Shown: positions 10,455-21,964 of the stretch, piece after piece
How positions within the stretch are numbered: position 1 is the stretch's first letter
How the letters are laid out: each line of letters begins with the position of its first letter
Source: an uncultured Pseudomonadota bacterium
GTDB lineage: Bacteria > Bdellovibrionota_C > UBA2361 > CALMIO01
NCBI GenBank assembly: GCA_937864035.1
Contig: CALMIO010000002.1
Location: 243,877 to 307,876, forward strand
Reading direction: 5' to 3'
DNA length: 64,000 nucleotides
Program-made: the position numbers and the translations under genes
The notes under the pieces: model-generated
What the model saw: the letters and a program-made list of their open reading frames with translations, nothing else
Database searches by the model: none
What the model was told of the DNA's origin: nothing

Positions 10455-11390
10455 TTAATCATTTCCCGCACTCAACCAACGCTCAGCTTCCATCGCCGCC
10501 ATACAACCGGTGCCGGCCGCAGTTACCGCTTGCCGAAAAACATGATCAGCGACATCTCCACAAACAAAAATTCCGGAGACATTTGTCGTCGTTGAATCTG
10601 GCTTTTTTACCACATAACCAGCTTCGTCCATCTCTAAAATGCCCCTAAAAAGAGCGCTGTTAGGGGTGTGTCCTATTGCCACAAAAAGAGCGGAACAAGC
10701 AAGTTTTAGATCAGGTTCTCCTGTTGTGCTTTTTAGGGTGATTTCTGTTACTCCATTTTTTTTATCACCTTTTATTCCCTCCACCTCTTTGTTCCAAAGA
10801 ATCTCTATCTTTGGATTGTTTTTTACCCTCTCCGCCATAATTTTAGAGGCTCGAAGTTCTCCGCGACGATGAATCAGATAAACTTTCTCTCCATATCGAC
10901 TTAAAAAGTTACTCTCCTCGCAGGCAGAATCTCCTCCACCAACAACCGCTATTTTTTTTCCTTTAAAAAAAGCGCCGTCACAGGTGGCGCAAGTAGAAAC
11001 ACCGTATCCCATAAGATCGCGCTCGTTTGGAATTCCCAGCAAACGAGGAGTTGCTCCGGTAGCTACTATTAGCGCCGAACAAAGGTATGTTTTTTCATCG
11101 CTTGTTTTTAAAATCTTTTTACCACCTTGTAGAGAAACCTCTCTTACAACGGTCTCAGAAAACTCCGCTCCAAATCGCTTGGCTTGTTCTTCCATCTGAA
11201 TCATTAACTCAGGACCCATTATGCCATCCCTAAAACCGGGAAAGTTTTCTACCTCGGTCGTTGTCGTTAGTTGTCCACCGGGGAGCGGTCCTCTAATAAC
11301 CAAGGGTTCAAGATTTGCTCTGGCGGCATAAATGGCGGCTGTTAAGCCGGCCGGCCCAGAGCCCAAAATTATCAATTTTCTTTCAATCAT
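10455..11390 (-). CDS. trxB: Thioredoxin reductase (start trimmed to internal ATG at 11390; longest ORF extends to 11492)
   Basis: ILGSGPAGLTAAIYAARA FAD motif and redox-active CATCDG. The longer ORF would add a non-conserved 34-aa extension overlapping the upstream gene. Confidence 0.85.
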   Translation of the reverse strand: MIERKLIILGSGPAGLTAAIYAARANLEPLVIRGPLPGGQLTTTTEVENFPGFRDGIMGPELMIQMEEQAKRFGAEFSETVVREVSLQGGKKILKTSDEKTYLCSALIVATGATPRLLGIPNERDLMGYGVSTCATCDGAFFKGKKIAVVGGGDSACEESNFLSRYGEKVYLIHRRGELRASKIMAERVKNNPKIEILWNKEVEGIKGDKKNGVTEITLKSTTGEPDLKLACSALFVAIGHTPNSALFRGILEMDEAGYVVKKPDSTTTNVSGIFVCGDVADHVFRQAVTAAGTGCMAAMEAERWLSAGND

Positions 11391-11409
11391 TTCATCCCCA
11401 CTCTCTTTT

Positions 11410-12105
11410 TTAATGCACGATAATGCTCTCTTCTTCCGAAGAAAAGCCTCGATTGCGCTCCCCCGCAGATAGGCCAACAGTCGCTTTTTCAAGCTCTTCC
11501 TTAAAAGCCCTAAGGTTCGCTTCGAGTCGTCCCTCTATCTCTTTTGATTTTTGGCGAAACTCTCGTGTTGCCCACTCCCTTCTGGAAGAAAAAAATCTAT
11601 CAAAAAGCCGATCGAAACGACCGGTTTTTAAGCGAGCATCATTTAATCTTTTTAAAAGTTCGGTCCTGCTAAGCAAAAGTCCATCTAAAACAGAAAGACT
11701 TTCTATCTTTAATTTAAGATCGGTGGCTATACCAACCAATAGATCTAAAACTAAAAGATTGTGGCTGTATATTTGATCGGCCGCTAACGAGTCACCCCAA
11801 ACATTTTCAAGGAAAAAAAGATTCTTTAATTCGCCGATTTTGGCAAGCCGTTGCTCTCTCGAAAGATTTTTAAAACCGGAAACGGCTTCTTGCTTTTGTA
11901 AGGCGCGCTCAAGTAGCTTAAACCTTCGTTGTCTTAAAAAAAGTCTCGGTTCGGCTATAAAAAAAAATGCTCGCTCAAAAAAAAAGCTTGTCAGGTGGCG
12001 CGTCGAAGAGGAAGAAAAAAGCGGCGAGAGGAAAAGGCCGAAAAGATAAATTATAAATCCAATTCCTATCGCAGCAAGAGAAAAGCCGATTAAAATTTCA
12101 AGCAT
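11410..12105 (-). CDS. atpF: Putative ATP synthase F0 subunit b: N-terminal TM helix plus long charged coiled-coil; unusually long at 231 aa
   Basis: Architecture and position immediately downstream of atpE. No diagnostic motif. Confidence 0.4.
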   Translation of the reverse strand: MLEILIGFSLAAIGIGFIIYLFGLFLSPLFSSSSTRHLTSFFFERAFFFIAEPRLFLRQRRFKLLERALQKQEAVSGFKNLSREQRLAKIGELKNLFFLENVWGDSLAADQIYSHNLLVLDLLVGIATDLKLKIESLSVLDGLLLSRTELLKRLNDARLKTGRFDRLFDRFFSSRREWATREFRQKSKEIEGRLEANLRAFKEELEKATVGLSAGERNRGFSSEEESIIVH

Positions 12106-12168
12106 TCTTCTCTCCGAGAGCGCCTCGCAAAATAAAAGCTATTTTTGTTTTGGAACCTTCTGCCTTCT

Positions 12169-12486
12169 TTAAACCTTAATCTGGAGATAATAGGCAATAA
12201 CAAAGGAAAAAATTACCAAGGTTTCCATAAAAACCAAGCCTAAAATCATCGGAATAAAAAGCTGTCCAGAAGCCGACGGGTTGCGTCCAATTGAATCAAG
12301 CGCTGAAGCGACCGCTTTCCCCTGAGCCAAGCCGCAACCAAGAGCCGCCAAACCTATCGCCAAACCAGCTCCGATCGAAATCAAGCCTCCGGCTGTTATT
12401 TGGGAAGTATGCTCATCAGCAAAAACCGGATCAACAAACACACAAACAAAAACAACAAGGGTTAATAATAGAAAAGGGTATTTCAT
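12169..12486 (-). CDS. atpE: ATP synthase F0 subunit c with an approximately 25-aa signal-peptide-like N-terminal extension
   Basis: GAGLAIGLAALGCGLAQGKAVASALDSIGRNPSASGQLFIPMILGLVFMETLVIF is a canonical c-subunit hairpin with the essential carboxylate (E in FMETL). Confidence 0.85.
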   Translation of the reverse strand: MKYPFLLLTLVVFVCVFVDPVFADEHTSQITAGGLISIGAGLAIGLAALGCGLAQGKAVASALDSIGRNPSASGQLFIPMILGLVFMETLVIFSFVIAYYLQIKV

Positions 12487-12702
12487 CTTAGTTTTTTAAA
12501 GCTTTAACATTATCCGTTCGAATTTTTCGTTCTAAAAACAGCTTAATAAAAATCAAAAGAAGCTTTGATCTGTTTTTAGATACGAAATCGTTAATTAAAC
12601 GAGAAGATGTAAGTTAAAAGAAAATCGATAAAGTGTCAATTGTACTGAAATTTTACGATAATTTAGGGGGCAAATACAATCTTTGATTAAGATTATTCTA
12701 CC

Positions 12703-13488
12703 TTAGTGATGCTCCTCACTACTATGAGAGGTAGCCAGCAAAATATAAACCATCGTTAGGGTTGTAAAAACAAAGGCCTGCATAAAGGCAACGAAAGTTC
12801 CTAGCGCGTAAAAAGCCGCCGGTACAACATACTTTACTAGGCCGGTAAAAGCCCCAAGCACAATATGATCAGCCTTTATGTTCCAATAAAGCCTGAGGTT
12901 TAGAGTAAGAATTCGAATACAGGTACTAACAATTTCAACAACAAAAATTAAGGGAGCAAGCCACCAAATTGGACCCATAAAGTGTTTCAAATAACCAATC
13001 AGACCGTTCGCCTTTATTCCCTGCCAATTAAAATAACAAAACACCACAAAAGCCAGAGAAACATTAACCCAAACGGTCGTAGTTGCGGACGGCGCTCCGG
13101 GAATTAGACCGATAAGATTTGAAAGAAATATAAAGAGAAAAACTCCCACAACCAAAGGTAGGTGCTCTCTTCGGTTTTCTTTTGACTCTTTGTTTTGCTC
13201 TCCGCCAAGAATTTGATCGTAAAAATCTGTTATTTTTTCAAAAATAAAATCAACCACGCCAAAAAAGGTTGGTTTTTCTGGAGGAATAATTCGTTTTTCA
13301 ATGTTTGAAAAAGACTTAATCTGACCACTCGCATACCTCAAAGAGAGCAACAGACCAGCCATTACCCCAAGGGCAACCATTGATTTGGTTATGTTTACTT
13401 GAGCTTCGCTCTGGTTGTAAAAGGGAAGTTCGCTAAAAAGAGGGGCTATTTTAGCTGAAATGTTATCTAGATACGTATGATCTGACAT
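12703..13488 (-). CDS. atpB: ATP synthase F0 subunit a
   Basis: Polytopic membrane protein with conserved Arg region RILTLNLRLYWNIKADH. Gene order atpI-like, a, c, b. Confidence 0.8.
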   Translation of the reverse strand: MSDHTYLDNISAKIAPLFSELPFYNQSEAQVNITKSMVALGVMAGLLLSLRYASGQIKSFSNIEKRIIPPEKPTFFGVVDFIFEKITDFYDQILGGEQNKESKENRREHLPLVVGVFLFIFLSNLIGLIPGAPSATTTVWVNVSLAFVVFCYFNWQGIKANGLIGYLKHFMGPIWWLAPLIFVVEIVSTCIRILTLNLRLYWNIKADHIVLGAFTGLVKYVVPAAFYALGTFVAFMQAFVFTTLTMVYILLATSHSSEEHH

Positions 13489-13528
13489 GCTCTATTTATC
13501 AAAAGCGTATTCTTAAATCTCGATAACT

Positions 13529-13954
13529 TTAGATAAATCTTGGAAAAATCGCAAGCAAAAGAGCGGCTGGGATAAAAGTCGCATAGCCAACCAACAGATT
13601 AATTCCCGCCGCCCCGCCAACAAAGAGAATTAAAAGTGGAAAAACCAATAAAAATAAGAGCTTTAAAAAAACAACCATAACCATTAAAACGGGGGAAAAA
13701 ATCCCTCTTCTTAAAAAAAACAGCGCCACCCCAGAAACAAGAGCCAAGTTTATCCATAACAACCCGCAACCCAGCGCGAAAAATCTCGGCTCCAAAAACT
13801 GATAAAAAACCACCTTTTCGAAAAAAGGATGCTTTAAAAGAAAACAACCGGTCGTCAAAAAAATCTGTAAAACAAGTAAATTTTTAAAAAATGGCTTTGT
13901 TGTTGGGTGTTTTTTTGCGATCTCTTGTAATGCTTGAAAAACTTGTGATGACAT
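13529..13954 (-). CDS. Small 4-TM membrane protein, AtpI/AtpZ-like, first gene of the F0 cluster
   Basis: 141 aa, hydrophobic, positioned where atpI usually sits. Positional inference only. Confidence 0.35.
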   Translation of the reverse strand: MSSQVFQALQEIAKKHPTTKPFFKNLLVLQIFLTTGCFLLKHPFFEKVVFYQFLEPRFFALGCGLLWINLALVSGVALFFLRRGIFSPVLMVMVVFLKLLFLLVFPLLILFVGGAAGINLLVGYATFIPAALLLAIFPRFI

Positions 13955-14126
13955 CTCTTTCTTGATTTACTTTAGCTCTCTTTAAGTATGAGCGATTTTT
14001 TGATCAGAACAATTTGATCTTACTACAATATTTTTTAAAAGAAAAAAATTTTTTCTTTCTTGTTGAAAACGATCGAAAAATAATTTTATGTAGTGTTTTG
14101 CAATTTGCAAACAAAACTTAAATTAT

Positions 14127-15710
14127 TTGCTAGCAATACCCGTGAACAACCTCAGCGATAAGACAGAAAATCAATTTATTTTTGAGGAATTTATAAGGTT
14201 CATAAAAAACTCTACCGAAAGCGAACTTTTCAGAGCGTATTTCGATCCAATCAAACTAGAATCTTTTGACAGAGATTTAAGAAAGGTTGCTCTTAAAGTT
14301 CCCTCAAAATTTATAAGCTCCCAACTGCAAAATCGCTTTAAAGATATGATCAAAGCTTCTTTTGAGCAAATTGCTGGTATTGCTAATATTAATATAGAGT
14401 TTTTAACAGATCCATCCTTGAGGCCGTCCGCCAGCGAACCTCAGATTGGCGGCAATTCTCATTATATTGGCGACAAAAAAAGTGGGGGTCGCAACGGGGC
14501 AACTTCTGCTTCCTATCTTTTTCGGGGTCTTGAACCAGCTAGATCTCCCTCAAAGATTAACGGCTCAAGGAGTTCTTTAATAAGAGCGACCAATAGCGGT
14601 TTGCCCAGAAGATCTTTTCATAGTCCAAACTCTCAAAATTCGGAGGAAATTCAATCCTCTTTTGAAAAAGAGCTTTTTGAAAAACCAAACTTATTGCCGA
14701 ACTATACCTTTGATTCTTTTGTCGTTGGAAATAGCAACCAGTTTAGCCACGCCGCGGCTTATAGCGTCGCTCAGAATTTGGGGGCAGGCTATAATCCTCT
14801 CTTTATTTATGGCGGTGCCGGGCTTGGTAAAACTCATTTGCTTCACGCTATCGGCAACCATCTTATTAAAACCGCTCCCCATAAAAACGTTATTTATTTG
14901 TCATCTGAGTCTTTTACGAATCTTTTAATCAATGCTTTGCGCTCTGGAAAAATGGAGCTTTTTAAAGAAAGGCTTCGAGGAGTTGATCTTTTGCTAATCG
15001 ACGACATTCAATTTATGCGAGGCAAAGAGAGAACTCAGGAGGAGTTTTTTCACACCTTTAATGCTCTTTATGGGGCAAAAAAACAGATTGTTTTAAGCTC
15101 TGACGCTACCCCAAATTCAATTGGCGGCTTAGAAGAGCGGCTTAAAACTCGTTTTTCATGGGGTCTTATTGCCGACATACAACCCCCAGATTATGAAACC
15201 AGAGTGGCTATTTTGAGAAAATTGGTGGCGGCTCATTCTATTCAGATTGATGATCAGATAATAAACTACATAGCTAACAATCTCTCTTCAAATGTTAGAG
15301 AGCTCGAAGGGGCAATCATTAGGCTGAGAGCGCTTTCGAGCTTAATTAAACCCGACAACCTCTCTTTTGAAAAGGCGGTTTCTATTCTTCGCCCCCTTAC
15401 TCAGCAAAAAATGGTTTCGTTGAGCGTTAATGATATTAAACGAGCGGTTTGTTGTCATTTTAACATTAAAGTTTCCGAACTTTGCTCTAAACTTCGCTCA
15501 AGAAATATATCTTTTCCTAGGCAGATCGCTATGTATCTTTGCCGAAAACATACCGTGCTTTCTTATCCAGAAATAGGCGCTCAATTTGGCGGAAGAGAGC
15601 ATTCTAGTGTTATTCATAGTTGTAGTGTTGTTGGAGAACGACTATTAGTTGACGACAAGCTTATAATGACAGTTAAAGAAATAGAGAAAACATTTTTTGG
15701 AGACAGCTAA
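14127..15710 (+). CDS. dnaA: Chromosomal replication initiator DnaA (TTG start)
   Basis: AAA+ Walker A GGAGLGKTHLLHAIGN, Walker B LLLIDDIQF, sensor regions, and C-terminal DnaA-box-binding domain (VSYPEIGAQFGGREHSSVIH). Confidence 0.92.
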   Translation: MLAIPVNNLSDKTENQFIFEEFIRFIKNSTESELFRAYFDPIKLESFDRDLRKVALKVPSKFISSQLQNRFKDMIKASFEQIAGIANINIEFLTDPSLRPSASEPQIGGNSHYIGDKKSGGRNGATSASYLFRGLEPARSPSKINGSRSSLIRATNSGLPRRSFHSPNSQNSEEIQSSFEKELFEKPNLLPNYTFDSFVVGNSNQFSHAAAYSVAQNLGAGYNPLFIYGGAGLGKTHLLHAIGNHLIKTAPHKNVIYLSSESFTNLLINALRSGKMELFKERLRGVDLLLIDDIQFMRGKERTQEEFFHTFNALYGAKKQIVLSSDATPNSIGGLEERLKTRFSWGLIADIQPPDYETRVAILRKLVAAHSIQIDDQIINYIANNLSSNVRELEGAIIRLRALSSLIKPDNLSFEKAVSILRPLTQQKMVSLSVNDIKRAVCCHFNIKVSELCSKLRSRNISFPRQIAMYLCRKHTVLSYPEIGAQFGGREHSSVIHSCSVVGERLLVDDKLIMTVKEIEKTFFGDS

Positions 15711-16033
15711 AAAACAAAAAAAATAATTCTCCTATTGTCGTTTAAACTCAATATTTAACCCGACAAAAACGAGGCAAGTCGTTAAATTTGTTTTATTTTT
15801 TTCGACAAAAGTTGTTAAATTCTTGTGCGCCTTTTGTTTGTAAGATGTCGTTTATTAAGGTTGTTTTATTTGCTCGTTCTATAAAACATATATTTTTACT
15901 GTTGTTAACTTACAGTTTTTAAACAGTAAAAATATATGTTTTATAGGGGTTTGTTTTGTTTATCTACAACTTTTTGTTGTACTATTACTACTACTATATT
16001 TAATTTATAAATTAATAATATTAAAAAAGTTTT
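15711..16033. other. Candidate oriC: AT-rich dnaA-dnaN spacer with DnaA box TTATCTACA (15960-15968, one mismatch to TTATCCACA) and a downstream AT-rich putative unwinding stretch
   Basis: Seen directly in sequence. Flanked by dnaA and dnaN, the classic location of oriC. Confidence 0.45.
15879..15946. repeat. Perfect 25-bp inverted repeat (arms 15879-15903 and 15922-15946, 18-nt spacer containing GTTAAC)
   Basis: ctataaaacatatatttttactgtt and aacagtaaaaatatatgttttatag are exact reverse complements, followed by a T-rich run. Either a dnaA terminator or an origin-associated hairpin. Confidence 0.7.
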
Positions 16034-17152
16034 ATGCATATAAAAATAAATCAATCCGTCCTCAGTAGCGCCGCTATCAAAATAATCTCTTGTGCCGGAA
16101 AAAAAAGCACCCTGCCAATTCTTGCTAATTTTAAATTAGAAGCAGACAAGAACTACCTTAAAATACTAACTAGCGACCTTGAGATAACAGCAGTTGCTAA
16201 GATAAATTGCGTCTCTTTAAAAAGCGGCACAACAACAGTTAATGCTAAACTTTTTTGCGACCTTATAAGAGAACTTCCAGATGGGGAAATCAACATCTCC
16301 CTCGAGGATGGCGAAAGGTTGGAAATAACATCAGAAAGATCAAAATATAAACTCTCAGTTGTGCCAGCAGAAGGTTTTCCTGATATAAAAGGAACAGATA
16401 TAAAAACAAATGGAAGGATTCGAGCCGGAGATCTTGTTGAGATGATCAATAAAACCATTTACGCGGTTTCTTTTGACCAAACCCAATTAAACATAGGTGG
16501 CATAGGTTGCGACTATAACGAAAATAATTTGATATTTATTGGAACAGATAAAAACAGATTGTCGTTGATTAGCAAAAAAGCAGATGGCCTTAAAATAGAC
16601 AGAGAGAACCTTCCTATATTGCCACGTCGGGTTGCCTCCGAGATTAAACGAATAGTTGAAGCAGTAAACCCAGACGATATTTTAGGAGTCGACATAATAG
16701 ACGGAATGTTTATAGTTGAAGGAGATAACTTTAAAATATCAGCCGCCCTGATCAACGCGAGTTTTATAGGTTATTCTAAATTGCTTTCAGCGGAGGTTGG
16801 AAAAATATGCTCTGTTTTGTCTGGAGAGATCTCATCAGCGATTAAAAGAGCTTCCTTAATGGCAACAGGAGACGATATTAAGGTGGTGGAACTTGAATTT
16901 ACAAAAGATATTATAAACATAAAAGGAGCCTCTCTAGAATCAGGAGAGGGGTTTGAACAGGTTTCTTGTAAATACGATGGAGAGAGTTTTAGGGCTGGTT
17001 TCAACGCTCGATATCTTTTGGATTTTATAAATCCAATAAATTCTGACTCGATAGTGCTTTTTGAATTAAGTGGAGAAAAACGCCCACTAAAGATATATCC
17101 AGCCGATCAAAAAGAATATCTTGGCTTTATAATGCCAATGAGAAACGACTAA
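16034..17152 (+). CDS. dnaN: DNA polymerase III beta sliding clamp
   Basis: 372 aa, MHIKINQSVLSSA N-terminus, position after dnaA, three-domain length. Confidence 0.88.
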   Translation: MHIKINQSVLSSAAIKIISCAGKKSTLPILANFKLEADKNYLKILTSDLEITAVAKINCVSLKSGTTTVNAKLFCDLIRELPDGEINISLEDGERLEITSERSKYKLSVVPAEGFPDIKGTDIKTNGRIRAGDLVEMINKTIYAVSFDQTQLNIGGIGCDYNENNLIFIGTDKNRLSLISKKADGLKIDRENLPILPRRVASEIKRIVEAVNPDDILGVDIIDGMFIVEGDNFKISAALINASFIGYSKLLSAEVGKICSVLSGEISSAIKRASLMATGDDIKVVELEFTKDIINIKGASLESGEGFEQVSCKYDGESFRAGFNARYLLDFINPINSDSIVLFELSGEKRPLKIYPADQKEYLGFIMPMRND

Positions 17153-17283
17153 TAGTTCAATTATTAGATAGAAAATTTTAACAATCCAAAAGTTTTGTTA
17201 AAAATTACCCTTAGGCGTAGGCGCACAATTTTAATTTATTAAAATCCATAGCGAGCCCATTAAAAAATTAAGAAACTCGCTTT

Positions 17284-18378
17284 ATGCAAGTAACCAGAGT
17301 AGAGACAACAAATTTTAGAAATCTTATAAAGCAAACAATTTGTCTTGAACCAACTTTTAATCTAATAGTTGGTCGAAACGGACAGGGAAAAACAAATTTT
17401 TTAGAGGCGCTCTCTGTTTTAAGCAACTCTAAGAGTTTTAGAAGCGCGCAAACAGAAGATTTGATAAACCACAGCGAGAAGCAAGCACAGATTCGCTCAG
17501 AGATATTATCCTTTGAGGTTGTCTCTCGAATAGAAGCTATCTTACATAGAGATCGAAAAGAATTTTTTATAGATGGCAGAAAGTTAAAGAGCTTTTCTGA
17601 ATTAATTGGGAAACTATCTTCAATTTACTTTTATCCAGCAGATCTTGGATTGATTAAGGACGGACCAACATACAGGAGGACATTTGTCGATAAACATAGG
17701 ACATTGATTAACCCAACTGCGTTAACAAAATTTTATGAACTTTCCCGAGTTGTAAAAAACAAACTTCGTCTTATAAAAGATCTGCAAAAAATAACCCCAA
17801 AGGACCTAGAACCTTGGAATAAACTACTAGCGGAAACCTCAATCGAAGTTTGGAAAGAGAGAGATAACTTTATTAAACAAATTGGCGCGGAGGCGCGCGC
17901 TCTTTATTTTGAAATTACCGATGGAACTGGTGAATTGCGGCTCAGGCTAAAAAATAACAACCTTGATAAATCAAACATGGATTTTGACATTCTTTTTGGG
18001 ACAATTTCGGCTCGCGCTTCGGAAGAAATCGCGCGCAGGACTCTTTTGGTTGGCGCTCAACAAGATGAAATTGAAATAACGATAGACGGCAAAGACACCC
18101 GAAAATTTGCTTCTCAAGGAGAGGCAAGATCAATTGTGCTCGCTTTAAAGATGGCAACAATAACTAGCTTTGAAAATGAACGAAAAGAATCTCCATTGGT
18201 TCTTTTTGACGATGTTGACGCGGAGCTTGATATTCGAAGAAAAGAATTGTTTTTTAACATATTGCTTCAAAAAAATCGCCAGATAATAGTTACCTCAACC
18301 GAAGAATTGTCACAAAAAATAACAAAAGGTAGAGAATATAAAATTATCAAAGCAGAAGGTGGTTTTTTAGAAGGTTAA
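17284..18378 (+). CDS. recF: DNA replication and repair protein RecF
   Basis: Walker A FNLIVGRNGQGKTNFLEAL, C-terminal LLFDDVDAELD Walker B/D-loop, 364 aa. Confidence 0.88.
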   Translation: MQVTRVETTNFRNLIKQTICLEPTFNLIVGRNGQGKTNFLEALSVLSNSKSFRSAQTEDLINHSEKQAQIRSEILSFEVVSRIEAILHRDRKEFFIDGRKLKSFSELIGKLSSIYFYPADLGLIKDGPTYRRTFVDKHRTLINPTALTKFYELSRVVKNKLRLIKDLQKITPKDLEPWNKLLAETSIEVWKERDNFIKQIGAEARALYFEITDGTGELRLRLKNNNLDKSNMDFDILFGTISARASEEIARRTLLVGAQQDEIEITIDGKDTRKFASQGEARSIVLALKMATITSFENERKESPLVLFDDVDAELDIRRKELFFNILLQKNRQIIVTSTEELSQKITKGREYKIIKAEGGFLEG

Positions 18379-18440
18379 AAGGGTTAGCCCAACAAAAATC
18401 TTCGTCTCATAAAAAGACACCGAAAACGCCTTAAAACTAT

Positions 18441-18469
18441 TTGCTATGAACCCCCAGTTGGTATATAAT
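18441..18469 (+). promoter_or_regulatory. Sigma70-like promoter upstream of gyrB: TTGCTA, 17 nt, TATAAT
   Basis: -35 TTGCTA at 18441-18446, 17-nt spacer, -10 TATAAT at 18464-18469, about 55 nt upstream of the gyrB ATG. Confidence 0.45.
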
Positions 18470-18482
18470 AATATGGTATTAG

Positions 18483-20960
<2,478 letters not shown>

Positions 20961-20976
20961 TTTAAAAAATATTCCT

Positions 20977-21075
20977 ATGGCATCACCAACCAAAAAAACA
21001 GAGACGGTTAGAAAAAACAAGAGAACAAAAAGAATTACCAAGCGCAACAAAAAAGCTGCTAAGAACAGAAGCTAA
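20977..21075 (+). CDS. Possible 32-aa highly basic small protein (MASPTKKTETVRKNKRTKRITKRNKKAAKNRS)
   Basis: ATG 17 nt after the gyrB stop, in-frame to TAA at 21073-21075; about half the residues are K/R. Below the ORF-track size cut-off. Coding status unproven. Confidence 0.25.
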   Translation: MASPTKKTETVRKNKRTKRITKRNKKAAKNRS

Positions 21076-21092
21076 TAAAAGCAAGCGATCCC

Positions 21093-21743
21093 TTATTTTA
21101 ACCGAGCCTTAACCGAAACCTTTCCCTTTGTTACGACGACACTAAAGGACATTTTGCGATCGGGGTGTTTCTCTCTGAACTCGCGAGCTCGGTTAATAAT
21201 ACTCTTTTGAAAGCTCTGATAGTCTATTGCCTGTTTATTTCCAGAGGTTTTTTCCAGAGCGTTTTTATAGCTTTTATAAAGCTCTTTAAGCGCGCCTTCG
21301 GCAATGCCGGCAGCTGTTAATGCGAATTGCTCCTCAAGAGCAGTTTTTTCTCTAAGATCTGCCTTAAAGGTGTCTTTTGAATATGTTCCTGCTTCGCGTT
21401 CTTTTAAAACTCTTTGCCAATAGGTGTTATATGTGTGATAGCGACCATCTAAAGTTTTAAGCCGAAAACTAGATGCTTGAGTTTTAAAAGGCATTTGCGT
21501 TAGTTCTCTTAATCTTTTGACGATCTCTTTATGAAATTTTTCTGGAGCTGAATTGTTTAGTGCAAGAAAATAATGTTCATATTCGACCTTTAGCTTTTCA
21601 AGAGATGCTTCAAACTTGTCAAGCTCCGCCGTCCAGTTGACCTTGACTTTGTCATAATCCCTTTTTAATTGCGGCGCCAATATATTGGCAATTTTCTTTC
21701 TCTCTTTTTCTTCTCCTTCTCTTTTTCCCATCGTAGAATCCAT
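21093..21743 (-). CDS. Hypothetical protein (216 aa, charged, no TM)
   Basis: Long ORF convergent with gyrB. No recognisable motif. Confidence 0.45.
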   Translation of the reverse strand: MDSTMGKREGEEKERKKIANILAPQLKRDYDKVKVNWTAELDKFEASLEKLKVEYEHYFLALNNSAPEKFHKEIVKRLRELTQMPFKTQASSFRLKTLDGRYHTYNTYWQRVLKEREAGTYSKDTFKADLREKTALEEQFALTAAGIAEGALKELYKSYKNALEKTSGNKQAIDYQSFQKSIINRAREFREKHPDRKMSFSVVVTKGKVSVKARLK

Positions 21744-21964
21744 ATAATATTCCCCCTCAAAAAAACAACCGACCTAAAACTTCTAAAAATTATTGGTTGA
21801 AATTTAAATTCAACCAACAAGCCCATTTCTCAGAAGATCTTGATATGATATCGTATCTAACAGTGTTTTTTTTTAGAGAGATCTGCTGAAATTTAGTAAG
21901 AGATTCTCTTAAAAAGAGAAAAAGCTGGTCGTTTCGGCGAGATGAGGGGAAAAAGAAGAGCAAA

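Noticed and set aside
10455-11492. Longer 345-aa version of trxB with a 34-aa N-terminal extension
   Set aside because: Extension is not conserved in thioredoxin reductases and would overlap the upstream gene by about 80 nt. The internal ATG at 11390 directly precedes the FAD-binding motif.
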